Notes under the pieces: model-generated | Database searches by the model: none | What the model was told of the DNA's origin: nothing | Seen by the model: the letters and a program-made list of their open reading frames with translations, nothing else | Shown: positions 12,516-24,768 of the stretch, in pieces | Position numbering within the stretch: position 1 is the first letter of the stretch | Layout of the letters: every line of letters starts with the position of its first letter | NCBI GenBank assembly: GCA_963514005.1 | Contig: OY740788.1 | Span: forward strand, 9,114,001-9,178,000 | Direction: 5' to 3' | DNA: 64,000 nucleotides | Source: Raja brachyura | Taxonomy: Eukaryota | Position numbers and translations under genes: made by a program

Positions 12516-13449
12516 AACAAGCCTCGGCCCACACAATGGGCATTGCATCCCCCACCCTAGACCATTACTCCTTCCACCATCGACACTTCACGCTGCCTCA
12601 GGAAAGCAGCCAACATCATCGAGGAACCCTCATCCCAGTCATTGTCTCTACTCCCCTCTCCAGAAGATATAAGAAGCTTGAAACTACGTAGCAGCAGATT
12701 CAAGAACAGATTTACTTAAGCACCGACTGGCAGATGTTTAATTGTAACATTGGAATAGAAGAGTTACCAATGATGAGCTGTCTCTTTTATTCAACATCAT
12801 TCGTACACCCCCGCTGAGGACAGAGACTCCTCAAACAACCATCCCCCTTGTTAGACACAGATGTCATGTGTGGCTCAGGGGTGAGCAATGTCATCTCATG
12901 AAAGCTGCTGTCTTCGGGATGAGGCTTTAAGGAGGTGCTTCTCAGGTAGATGTCAGTAACGCCACGACATGACCACGAAAGTTCTGCTCGGAGCCCTGAA
13001 CTAATATTTATCCTGGAACCAAACAGGTAAACTCAGATGGGCTGTGAGAGAGCTGGGAAGGGGAAAGAGGGAGAAAACAAGGACTACCTGACGCAGGAGA
13101 TCTGGCCAGATTTGGTTTGCCGTGTGGGAGCTTGCATCAGGTACATTGTCACAGCTGGGCTGGGAAAGACCATGGTCCAATGAGTTCACCTTGTGTCACC
13201 CTGACGGCCGCATGGCACAGTGATAATGGAGTTAACGACCACAATCAATCTCTGTCTTCAACTGGTCCAGGCGTGGGTGTGAGAACACCCAAGGGTGGAA
13301 GGTTTTGGACACATTGATCCAACAACACCTATTTCTCCCAGAATGTGCTTCTCCTAGAATGTGCACACCTCACATCCCAAGCTACCCATGTACTGCCACC
13401 CAAAACACACCAGTCACAGACACGCACACAAAACCTTTTTCACATCACA

Positions 13450-13455
13450 TTTATT
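13450..13455 (-). terminator. Polyadenylation signal, long secretory form
   Basis: AATAAA about 285 nt after the stop, followed by a GT-rich downstream element (GGTTTTGTGTGCGTGTCTGTG). Confidence 0.7.
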
Positions 13456-13739
13456 AAACTTGTATTGGTACATTGACACATACATAGATGTAATACCTCG
13501 TGTGTTCCCATACAGGGTTAAAATCTGTTCAAGCATGGAAGAAAACGTTCTGTAAATGTATCCAGAAGCTCAGACATTTGTGGTGAATCATGGCTGTGGC
13601 TTAATTACTTTCTCGTGTGGAATTATGTTTTTAATGATTTACACATTTTGATGATGTATTAGGGAACTAACCCAACATCCTCTGGGTCAGTTAATAAATC
13701 CAGAAATGAACAAAACAAGTGTTTGAGAAATGAATCATG

Positions 13740-14125
13740 TTACACACAAGATTTAAAGCTATCCGTCAGAACAAGGGAGACATTGACCAGGGTGGGTTTG
13801 CTGTGAGATTTATTGATGCTTCTGAATAGGCTGGTTGTGATGGACCCGTGTCCCACAACACAGGAGAAGGTGGTGCCACTGTTCCACTCCTCTGGCGAAA
13901 CCTTCAACTGACTGGTCATGGTGTTCCACCCATTCCTGGTGTCCTTGGTCACGGGCTGGTTCACGATCCCTGTCTTCAGAAGGGTATCGTTGGCCATCCA
14001 GGCCACATAGATGTCTGCAGGAGAGAATCTGGTGACCAGGCACGTCAAGGTGGCCGTCTCATCCGTCTCCACCTCATCCAATGAAGGGGGAAGGAGGTAG
14101 ACTTGAGGACGACTCTCAACTCCAT
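13740..14125 (-). CDS. IgW: IgW constant exon C6 with secretory tailpiece (...KPTLVNVSLVLTDSFKSCV*)
   Basis: CTGTTCCCAG| acceptor; C-mu4-like domain (PQVYLLPP, LTCLV, FSCVVGH); tailpiece with NVS sequon and penultimate Cys. Confidence 0.95.
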
Positions 14126-14320
14126 CTGGGAACAGAGAGAACCTGAGTTAGACTGCATCTGTCGGTAATTCTGTACTTACCCAATACATTCCAATCTTAT
14201 ACTGACATTAACACCGTTTACATCCTGAGGGACCTCAGTTCACCTGAAACTAAAGGCTTTTCCTTTCTGCTCATTGTAGGGATGTGTGGAATAGAAATCA
14301 GGCCTCTGGTGCATTTTACA

Positions 14321-15082
14321 GGACGGCATGGTGGCACAGCGGTAGAATTGCTGCCTGACAATGCCAGAGACATGGGTTTGATCCCGACTATGGGTGGTGC
14401 CTGTATGGAGTTTGTACGTGACCGCGTGGGTTTTCTCCGGGTGCTCAGGTTTCCTCCCACACTCCAAAAATGAACATGTTCTCTGTATGGCGGGACTGTC
14501 ATATGCTGAGAGAATGGAGCGTCTGGGCTTGTATATTCTGGAATTTAGAAGGATGAGAGGGAATCTGATTGAAACATAAGATTATTAAGGGTTTGGACAC
14601 GTTAGAGGCAGGAAACGTGTTCCCGATGTTCAGGGAGTCCAGAACCAGGGGCCACAGTTTAAGAATAAGGGGTAAGCCATTTTGAACAGAGATGAGGAAA
14701 CACTTTTTCACACAGAGAGTTGTGAGTCTGTAGAACTCTCTGCCTCAGAGCGCGGCGGAGGCCAATTCTCTGGATACTTTCAAGAGAGAGCTAGATAGGG
14801 CTCTTAAAGATAGCGGAGTCAGGGGATATGGGGAGAAGGCAGGATCGGGGTACTGATTGGGGATGATCAGCCACGATCACATTGAATGGCGGTGCTTGCT
14901 CGCAGGGCCGAATGGCCTACTCCTGCACCTATTGTCTATTGTCTATTGTTTGTAGGCTAATTGTCTTGGTTTAATTGTAAATTGTCCTTGGTGTGTGCTG
15001 GGTAGTGTTAGTACGCGGGGATCGCTGGTCGGCCCGGACTTGATGGGCCGAAGGGCGCTGTATCTCCAAACTAAACTGAACT
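14321..15082 (+). mobile_element. tRNA-derived V-SINE (HE1-like) split by a CR1 3' fragment (~14480-14948)
   Basis: A/B-box-like head GGTGGCACAGCGG...GGTTTGATCCC, V-domain GGAGTTTG...GGTTTCCTCCCACA, resumes after the CR1 tail. Confidence 0.75.
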
Positions 15083-15534
15083 ATAGCTTCCAGTGAGTTT
15101 AAACTGGTTAGTTAATCAACAGGAACCACTGAATGCTGAGACTCTACAGAAAGTGGAACTCAGTCCTTGGACCTGCCTTGTCCTGCGCTGTCTGTTCCAT
15201 CTCCCCTTCTGCTTAAATGATCTGCTGGTCTTTGCCTCAAGTTCCCTGCCCTTCCAGTCCTGACTCAGTCTGTATCTCGCCTTGTGAAAGCTGCGAATCC
15301 CTCTCCCTCTCCCTTGACTCTCTGCAGCTCACGCTGTGGGAACAAGTGTGGTTTTGGACGAGGCTGTCGTGGTGACTTGGGATTTTAATGATGTGGTTAA
15401 TCAACTGAGTTTAATCTTCTTTTGCTCCCTCACACTCTCTGACCAGCTGTAAGTCCCAATATCCATTAGATATCCACTGGAGATCAGAAAAATCCAAAGG
15501 AATCTGAGAAAAACTATCAAATTCTTAACCGGAT

Positions 15535-16752
15535 TGATGAAGGGGAGCCAGTGGATGTAGTGTGTCTAGACTTTCAGAAAGCCTTTGATAAGGTCCCGCA
15601 CGGGGGACTGGTGACTAAAATTAGAGCACATGGTATTGGGTAGGGTGTTGACGTGGATAGAAAATTGGATGGCAGACCGGAAGCAAAGAGTAGGAGTGAA
15701 CGGGTCCTTTTCAGAATGGCAGGCAGTGGCGAGTGGAGTGCCGCAAGGCTCGGTGTTGGGGCCGCAACTGTTTACCATATATATTAATGATTTGGAAGAA
15801 GGAATTAGGAGCAACACTAGCAAGTTTGCGGATGACACAAATCTGGATGGCAGTGTGAACAGTGAAGAGTATGTTAGGAGGTTGCAAGGTGTCCTGGACA
15901 GGTTGAGTAAGTGGGCAGATGTGTGGCAGATGCAGTACAATATAGATAAATGCGAGGTTATCGACTTTGGTGGCAAAAACAAGGGGGCAGATTATTATCT
16001 CAATGGGGTTAGGTTAGGTAAGGGGGAAGTACGGCGAGACCTGGGTGTACTTGTACACCGGTCACTGAAAGTTGGCGTGCAGGTACAGCAGGCAGTGAAG
16101 AAAGCTAATGGAATGTTGGCCTTCATAACAAGAGGATTTCAGTATAGGAGTAGAGAAGTTCTTCTGTATAGGGCTCTGGTAAGACCATATCTGGACAGTT
16201 TTGGTCTCCTAATTTGTGGAAGGACATCCTTGTGATTGAGGCAGTGCAGCGTAGGTTCACGAGATTGATCCCTGGGATGGCGGGAATGTCAAATAAGGAA
16301 AGATTGAAAAGACCAGGCATGTATTCACTGGAGATTAGAAGGATGAGGGGGGTGGGGCATCTTATAGAAACATATAAAATTATAAAAGGACTGGACAAGC
16401 TAGATGCAGGAAAAATGTTCCCAATGTTGGGCGAGTCCAGAACCAGGGGCCACAGACTTAGAATAAAGGGGAGGCCATTTAAGACTGAGGTGAGAAAAAA
16501 CTTTCATCCAGAGAGTTGTGAACTTGTGGAATTCCCTGCCACAGAGGGCAGTGGAGGCCAAATCACTGGATGAATTTAAGATAGAGTTAGATAGAGCTCT
16601 AGGGTCTAGTGGAATCAAGGGATATTAGGAGAAGGCAGACACGGGTTATTGATTGGGGACGATCAGCCATGATCACAATGAATGGCGGTGCTGGCTCAAA
16701 GGGCTGAATGGCCTCCTCCTGCACCTATTTACTATGTTTCTATGTTTCTATG
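15535..16752 (+). mobile_element. CR1 LINE 3' portion (RT)
   Basis: [16 protein letters not shown]; CR1 3' UTR and (CTATGTTT)n tail. Confidence 0.9.
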
Positions 16753-17145
16753 AACAGGTGAGGTAGAGGAAAAATGCTTCAGATATTGGGGAATCCAGGC
16801 CAGGACAATCTGAGGTGAAGGTGTGTAGGTGTGAGAGGGGGAGAAATGCCTTCACACAGGCAGTGGTGAACCTGGGCATTCTCTGCCACAGACAGTACTG
16901 AAGCCCAATTATTAGATATATGCAAGAATGAGTTGGATCCAGTTCTTAGGATAAAGGGATCAGGGGATATGGAGAGAATGCAGGAAGCGAGTACTGAATA
17001 TGGATGATCAGCCGTGCTCATATTGAATGTCTGTGCAGGATTGAAGGGCCGAATGGCCTGCGCCTGCAATTATTTTCTATGCTGGATGTGATAAGTCTGT
17101 CCATTTGCTCAGATCAGACTCGCACCAACCTCTGTCCACACGTAC

Positions 17146-17466
17146 CTGTCGGCTTCTCCAAGGATCTGCTCTCCGGTGTTGGCAAACTCTTGTCCTCCAC
17201 CACACAGGTGTACAGAGCCCCACTCTCCCACTCTGCAGCGGGGACCGTCAGTCCGCTGGTGATGGTGTCCGCACCTCCGATCCTCTCTGCACCACGAGTT
17301 GTCACCCCGTCTTCTCTCTTCATTCCATTCACTTGCCAGGTTACCCTGAATCCCTCTAAATCACTGTGAACCACCTTGCACAGAATGGTGGCTGTCTTGT
17401 TGATCCAGATCTCTTCGAAGGAAGGTTTGCTTAAAGTGACCGAGGGTCGGGTATCTGAACATTCAT
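17146..17466 (-). CDS. IgW: IgW constant exon C5 (DECSDTRPSVTLSKPSFEEIWINKTATILC...YTCVVEDKSLPTP...)
   Basis: TTCTCCCAG| acceptor, G|GTACG donor, 321 nt. Confidence 0.92.
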
Positions 17467-18134
17467 CTGGGAGAAATCACAATTATTATGTCATCGTTCC
17501 CTGATGGAGCAGCTTGCCACTGAAGTATTTTGTGCTCATCTCCACCGAATGATATGCCGGTCCCATCAACATCAGGGAGATTTATCCACCTTGGTGTCGG
17601 AATGAAGCTTCCTATTGATCCCACAAGGAAACCTTGCTAAAGAATGTGAATTAACAAGTTGACTTTTACATTAGTTGACAGTTTTGTGATCACTGAACCT
17701 GTTACCAGCTATTTACTGAAACAAATGTATAAAATTCCCTCTGAGGAGAGTCAAATCGAGCTAATGTTTGAGGTAAAAATGTGCAGTTCCGTTTAGTTTA
17801 TTGTTATGTGTAGCGAGGTGCAGTGAAATGCTTTTGTTGCGTGCTAACCAGTCAGCGGAAAGTTCTTCACTTTATATTATAAAATAGAAGCAGTGGCATT
17901 ATTTTATTTAGTCGCGAGGGGTCCGGAGTAGGATGAAGAAAGGTCTCGACCCGAAACCTCACCTCCCCATGTCCTCCAGGGATGCTGCCCGACCGGCTGA
18001 GTTACTCCAGCACTTTGTGTCCTTTCATTTAGTCACAACTGTTTAAAAGCAGTTTGGACCCATGAGGTGTAACTAAACTCTCCTGCTGCTTTGTCACAAT
18101 GTTGTGTCTTGCATCCGGCCTGTCCCAGAGGCTG

Positions 18135-18220
18135 CTACACATTGCCCAGACTGGCTGTTGCCACGCTGGGGCAGGGAGAGAGCTGCTCTGCTGGACACTC
18201 TGTCACAGCTGAGGCACCCG
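18135..18220 (-). CDS. Candidate second secretory tail exon after C4 (AGASAVTECPAEQLSPCPSVATASLGNV*)
   Basis: Pyrimidine-rich acceptor CTTTCCCTCTGCCTTTGTACTCAATGCCAG|, phase 1, 2 Cys, TAG; AATAAA at 17903-17908; no transcript evidence. Confidence 0.4.
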
Positions 18221-18463
18221 CTGGCATTGAGTACAAAGGCAGAGGGAAAGTCCGCTTTGAAGAAGAGTATCGTGGATCTCCACCGTCTGGCCTGTCGACT
18301 GGCTTGGATTGCCCTCAAGTTACTAAAGCAATGTCAAATATACAATTATGTCTGTGGCCACACTCACTTACAAGCCCACAACAGGACTGCACCCGTGTTA
18401 CAGTGCTGCCCATGTGTGGCACAGTTTACAATGTGGAGAATGGAATGAATCCCAGGAGCCTAC

Positions 18464-18781
18464 CTTGGATGTTCTTCGCATCCTTCGTGATGATGGTGTT
18501 GGAGGCACAATGATGCACTGTACAATTGAAGCGTGAGCCAGACTTCCAATCCTCGGCACTCATGGTCAGGAAGTGGCTGGCACTGAAAGTGCCCCCCTGC
18601 TCCAGGGCAGTTGGTGCAGCGCTGGTGTTGTTGGAGATCAGGGCACCGTCTTTACTCCAAGTGACGTTGATGAGGTCTGGGTAGAATCCAGAGACCACAC
18701 ACTCCAGGGTGACCTTGTGGCTACGCTCGGTCTCTTCGTGTGCTGGAAGCAGCAGTCTGACTGCAGGCTTTTTTGGCTCAA
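18464..18781 (-). CDS. IgW: IgW constant exon C4 (VEPKKPAVRLLLP...LECVVSGFYPD...FNCTVHH...NIQ)
   Basis: CTGTTCCAG| acceptor, G|GTAGG donor, 318 nt. Confidence 0.92.
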
Positions 18782-19325
18782 CTGGAACAGAGGAAAATAA
18801 ATGTTGAACTCTCTCATAGAGTCATAGAGTGATACAGTTTGGAAACAGGACCTTCAGCCCAACTTGCCCACCCGGCCAACATGTCCCAGCTCCATTAGTC
18901 TCACCTGCCGTATCTGGTCCACATCCCTCCAAACCTGTCCCTGTCTGTTTTTCTAATGTTAGGATAGTCCCTGCCTCAACTACCTCCTCTGGCAGCTTGT
19001 TTCATACATCACCACCCTTTGCGTGAAAATGTTACCCCTCAGATTCCTATTAAATCTTTCCCCCTTCACCTTAAACCCATGTCCTCTGGTACTCAATTCA
19101 CCTACTCTGGGCAAGAGACTCAGTGCATCTATCAATCTATTTCTCTCATGATTTTATACACCTCAATAAGATATTCCCTCATCCTCCTATGCTCCAAGGA
19201 ATAGAGTCCCAGCCCACTCAACCTCTCCCTATAGCTCTCTAGCCCTGGCAACATCCTTGTAAATCCTCTCTGTACCCCCTCTCTCTCTCTCTGTCACGGC
19301 CATTTAATCACTGATCAGTGCCCAC

Positions 19326-19622
19326 CTATGTTATGGTTGGCCCGCGCTGACACTGGTGAGGATGATGGAGGTCGTCGGGCGGAGCACACAAACTCCACCC
19401 CGCTGGTCCACTCCTCCACACTGGTCCGCAGTTCACTGATCATTGGGTCTCGGGTGCCTTCATGGGTACGGGTCATAACTCCTTCGCTTCTCTCCTTTCC
19501 TCCCACCTTCCAGGAGAGATGGACCTGGCTCGGATCACTACAGATCACTGAACACACCAGCGTAGCAGTCTTGTTGATCCAAATCTCTTCCATGCCGGGA
19601 GTTTGAATGAAGACGGACAATA
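19326..19622 (-). CDS. IgW: IgW constant exon C3 (VLSVFIQTPGMEEIWINKTATLVC...EEWTSGVEFVC...)
   Basis: CCACAG| acceptor, G|GTGGG donor, 297 nt, open frame, C1-set motifs. Confidence 0.92.
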
Positions 19623-19677
19623 CTGTGGATCAGAAGTGGAAAAGTTCAGAATTTTAGTTGAGACTCATCTGTACCAA

Positions 19678-19860
19678 AGGGCCTGCCCCACTTACAGGAC
19701 ATGTTGAAAATCCAGCGGCGACTCACGACCATACAGGCTTCTCCCCGCGACATGTCGTCAGGGTGTCGCCTGTATGGCCGTGAGTGGTCTCATCAGTCGC
19801 CCAGAGTCGTAACGTCTTTCTGGTCGCCGAAAAATATTGCGTAAGTGGCTCAGGCTCTTT
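19678..19860. mobile_element. Degenerate copy of the Harbinger-like MITE just 5' of exon C3
   Basis: AGGGCCTGCCCCACTTAC ... GTAAGTGGCTCAGGCTCT; shares the internal CCCCGCGACATGTCG core with 10829-11171. Confidence 0.7.
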
Positions 19861-21559
19861 ATGAAAAGCCGGGGCAGAAATCCAAACAGGTGTCTTATAA
19901 AAGAACTTTAACATGTTTATGTCATCACATAAAAGACTGATCAATGGCAGATCAAAGTATACACTGGTTAGATTTATTGCAAACAGAATAGCAGAAAAAC
20001 TCGTATTAAATAGCAGGTTGGGTGTTTTGACTGAAAAAACAGAACAAAGGAGCCGTCAACTGGGATTTGATTCTCTTTCCCATCACCATGATCAGCTGGT
20101 ACATTACAGGGGCACAATTTGATATGTGCTTTGCTTGGAACCCCTGCAGCATCGATTAGTAATACTGAGCAACATGAATGAGAAAAGCTGCTCTTCTCCC
20201 TGTGGGGCCAAGCCTGGGATTCCCTCAGTTTAAGAATGTCACATGCTGATATCGCAGTCTTACTCTGACCATGTGTCTCACCATCTCTGAAACCTTCACC
20301 ACAAACACAACCTTCAGTAAAGGTGGCATTCTTCCAACTCTGGGCACTCGTAAGCCTGCACTCCTTTCACCTTTGTACCACTTGCTGTGTCACATTGCAG
20401 TGTTGCTCACAAGCACCAAAGCTCGCTCAGCAGATACCCCCCCCCCCCCCCCCCCCCCCACCATCACTCCTCCTTGATACGAAGACTGACGGTAAATGTC
20501 AATCCAGAAGTTGTCGATCTGGTGACATGAGCTCAAAATTCCAACCCGTGATCTGGGAATTTCAATTTATAAATGCATTCTGACGTAAAACACGTCCGTT
20601 GGTGGTGACGCATGTCGATAGTTCACTGCCGCACTTCACGGAAGGGAATGTGTCATCATATCTGTTCTGGCCAGTATGCAACTCCACGCCTGTTGCAAAA
20701 TGGCTGCTGGCTAGTGTCAGTTTAGTGTGACTGTGCTCTAGTGAAGACCTTGAGGCATTTCAGTAATTGATAGAAACTATCTGAAATAAATTAGTGGCTG
20801 ACTCTCCAGCGACAGCAGAGCAAATCATAAATGGTTAGAAGTATCATGGTCCCCCTCCTGCTGCAGATTGGGATGAAATTCTGCATTAGATGTATTTTCC
20901 CATTTCACTTCAGAATCATTGGGCGAGGAAGAGAATGATTTATTCATTCATTGCCCCCGACTGACCTGCACTGGCACTTGTCTTCTGAAGCAGCATCATG
21001 CATCTAGTTCCACTCAGCTCACTCTCGTGTGTGCACTGTTTACACACTCAGTCACTTGTGCCACATGAGCTGTTTTTGCTCTCAAACACTTATTGTGGAG
21101 GGTGATTACATTTGTGTCAGAATTGAAACTTTCAGTGAGCCTGGAGATCAAAGCCTTCAGCTGCATAGAAAGCGAGTCAAAGGAAGGGTCTCAACCTGAA
21201 ACGTTGGTTATTTCATTTGCTCCATAGATGCTGCCTCACCCGCTGAGTTTCTACAGCATTTTTGTCTACCTTTGATTTTCCAGCATCTGCAGTTCCTTCT
21301 TAAACAAGAGTCATATACACTGTGTCTGTCTGACAGAGGACTTAACATTTGTTAATGTACGATGTTGTCTATTTCACAATCCCTCCTTCTTTGAGCAAAA
21401 TGGCGAGCAAATTCCTTGTTGCAGTTGTTGCAGTGTCATCAGAAATTTGTAAGCCTCGTGTAACAGTGTACAATGTTCTTGCTTTGTGGATCTTGTTTTA
21501 ATCAGCAATGTGATATTGTTAAACATGTGGTTTTGCAAGATGCTCAATCCCGTCCCATA

Positions 21560-22108
21560 TCAGTACAGTTCTGGTCTCCAAATCTGAGGAAGGTCATTAT
21601 TGCCATAGAGGGAGTGCAGAGAAGGTTCACCAGACTGATTCCTGGGATGTCAGGACTGTCTTATGAACAAAGACTGCATAGACTCGGTTTATACTCTCTG
21701 GAATTTAGGAGATTGAGAAGCGATCTTATAGAAACTTACAAAATTCTTAAGGGGTTGTACAGGCTAGATGCAGGAAGATTGTTCCCGATGTTGGGGAGGT
21801 CCAGGACAAGGGGTCACAGCTTAAGGATAAGGGGGAAATCCTTTAGGACCGAGATGAGAAGGACTTTTTTCACACAGAGAGTGGTGGGTCTCTGGAACTC
21901 TCTGCCACAGAGGGTAGTTGAGGCCAGTTCATTGGCTATATTTAAGAGGGAGTTAGATGTGGCCCTTGTAGCTAAGGGGATCAGAGGGTATGGAGAGAAG
22001 GCAGGTACGGGATACTGAGTTGGATGATCAGCCATGATCATATTGAATGGCGGTGCATGCTCGAAGGGCCGAATGGCCTACTCCTGCACCTAATTTCTAT
22101 GTTTCTAT
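21560..22108 (+). mobile_element. CR1 LINE 3' fragment
   Basis: VQFWSPNLRK...RTRGHSL...GYGEKAGTGY plus CR1 tail. Confidence 0.9.
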
Positions 22109-22439
22109 CAGTGACAGTCGTGTAGTTCCACCATCACAGTGTCGGGGGGAAATCGCCTCATATGAAACCTGGCTGAGTGTGGATACTCTCCATGCTGTCA
22201 AATATTGGTATCTTCCACAAGAGACATTTTGTATTGCTCATCCTTGGATGATTACAACCAAACACATCCATTCCTTGCAACATTCCTTGCATTCCCTGAG
22301 TTTCTCCTTTGGACTGAGGTCTGTGTCCGGGAGGTGGGTTAATAAATCTGTGGCAATTTGTGCTAACCACAGTTTTCACCCAAAGCCAGTATGGGACAGG
22401 AGACTGGTTAGAGCCCTGGATCTTGCTCACCAGTTTGCC

Positions 22440-22445
22440 TTTATT
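22440..22445 (-). terminator. Candidate polyadenylation signal, short secretory form
   Basis: AATAAA about 320 nt 3' of the tail stop codon. Confidence 0.5.
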
Positions 22446-22768
22446 AAAGGGTCACCCAATTTTTTACTGAGCCACTTTGACATTTCACACCGTTCACCTT
22501 AAACATCTCCTGCCTTGCGATCGCTGAGCGGTCCATGCTGACTAGAGTCTGAGCATGAAGAAATCTGGCCAGTGGCACTGGGATGTGAAGCAGCAATGTC
22601 TGCAAATGAATGAGTATACAGGCGACGAGTGGAGGGGAGAGGGAAGCAGCTTGAATTGGGTATTTTCCCAACCTCTGGTACACTTTGATCCCAATGGATA
22701 CCAGGGGTTGGATTTGAGTCGTATAAATGGGTTGTAATAATAGAATGACAAATTCCATACGCAGCCAA

Positions 22769-22896
22769 TTACTTTATTTCACACTTTCCTGCCCAACAAT
22801 GATACTGCCGGGTAGAACCATCTGTGAATGTCACATTGAGATTACTCTGGTAGAAGAACTTCGGCAGACACTTCGAACAGCCGGGACATTCTCCAC
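22769..22896 (-). CDS. IgW: Cys-rich secretory tail exon of short IgW (GGECPGCSKCLPKFFYQSNLNVTFTDGSTRQYHCWAGKCEIK*)
   Basis: Acceptor TCTTCCATTTCCAG|, phase 1 in frame with C2, 5 Cys, stop TAA; fits the known Cys-rich tail of two-C-domain IgX/IgW. Confidence 0.88.
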
Positions 22897-23504
22897 CTGG
22901 AAATGGAAGATTAATTGGTTTAAATGTTAAGAGATTTTCACCTCCTGTGTTGAGAAAACAGGAGATCCACATATTCCCCGTCTGTGTCCTCAGTATTTAT
23001 CAGCATGAGATTATGCCGACCACGATAAACTGCTTCACTTTGTCCAGGATCAGACAACACTTTCAAGAGGGTGGAGATGAGTTCAACAATAATCCTGTGC
23101 ACCGACATTTCAATGAAAGGGAAATCAACAGAACAGACTCTCAGAAAACAGTGGAAAAAGGTGGATTTGGAGAAACTAACACAAATAAGACAGTGAGAAG
23201 GGAAGAGAGATTTTCTCCAGATATCGGATGGGACCTGTGGTTTTTTTCACTGTCCCATTTTTCTTACCACTGGACACAAAGGCTACTAGACTAGAGGAGT
23301 GAGAGTAAACACACTGGTGACCTTCCTCTCTACATGTCCTGCAGAATGAGTTAGAATTACTGATAGAAAACATTGCCTTAAATTGCAAAAGCCAAATCTG
23401 AACATAATACATCGCTCAACAGGGCTGATCTCAGGGACAGGAATTTGGTGGAAATGTCAGTAAGATTGTTTAATATTGTAAGTAAATTAACAGACACCAC
23501 TCAC

Positions 23505-23804
23505 CCCCTTGGTATCTCATGTTGATCCTGCCGTTGAAGTTGGAAGGTGCGTGAGTCACTTCACAACTATATTCCTGTTTGTTGGTCCATTCCTCCACAG
23601 GCAACAGCAGGTAAGCAACTGTTTCAAATCCACCGTTAGTTCCCGGGGTGGACGGGAGAACGCTGCCCGCTTGAATAATTCCAGATTTTTTCCAGGAAAC
23701 TTTAATATTGTCCGGGGAGAATCCAGATATCATGCAGCCCAGCACAGCAGTTGTTTGATTGTGGAGACCCTCCGGGGATGGAACAAGGGGGATGAGCTGT
23801 GGAG
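23505..23804 (-). CDS. IgW: IgW constant exon C2 (APQLIPLVPS...LGCMISGFSPD...YSCEVTH...RYQG)
   Basis: TTACAG| acceptor, G|GTGAGT donor, 300 nt; C1-set motifs. Confidence 0.93.
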
Positions 23805-24768
23805 CTGTAACATATTTAATATCTGTTATTACATGATTCCTTCAGCCACAGTGTAGGACTCCACTCTCCCAGCATCGGGGACAGGTGCCCCAGTACCAGC
23901 CCTCCCAACAATGCTGGTGATATGCCGGTGATGTGTTGATACGGTGGGTCCCACAGTCAGATGCTGGTCAGAGCTGTGAATGGGAGACTGGGTTAGAACC
24001 CAGGCCTCCCCAGCAGTGTGGGCCACTCTGCAGTGGTACGGGTGGAGGTGGGTAAGTGGCGTACAGACCATCCGTGATCTCAGTGTGTGCTGGAGCAGAC
24101 ACAGGAACAGCATGGCCATCGCTGGTTCCAGTGAGCAGGAACAGATGAGACAACTGTTTCTACTGGCAGGAGGTTTGGGAATCACAACTTTAAGTTGTCT
24201 TCACCTCTACTTTGTCTGTAACTCGTTTTCACCTAGCCCACAGCTAACAATGGCCTGTTTCCTTTATCTGCATTACTGTTTTGCATATCTTTCGTTCATT
24301 AGTTCTAAATCTCTCTATATCACTGTCTATTCCTCTCTTTTCCCTTTCAACGACTCAGTCTGAAGAAGGGTCTCATCCCGAAACGTCACCTACTCCTTTT
24401 CTCCAGAGATGCTGTCTGACCAGCTGAATTACTCCAGCTTTTACTGTCTATCTTCGCTTTAAACCAGCATCTGCAGTTCCTTCTGACACAACTTTCAGTT
24501 TAATGGGAAAGGAGGTCAGATGGACAAGAGGAAAGTGCAGGAAAAGTGAGGAAGGTGTAAACCTCCACACTGTGCACGGGCACAATAGGTGTGGCTCTCC
24601 TTCCACATAAATTCTCACCGTCTCTTTCCTCGAGCAGCAGCACTCTGGCTGACAGGAGGAGAATGAATGAGCAAAATAATTAATTGGCTTCCTCCTACAT
24701 TGTTCGACAAAGGCTTCCATTTCAGTTCTATCATCAGCTTTAAATAGACAACAAAATCTCATACTAAC

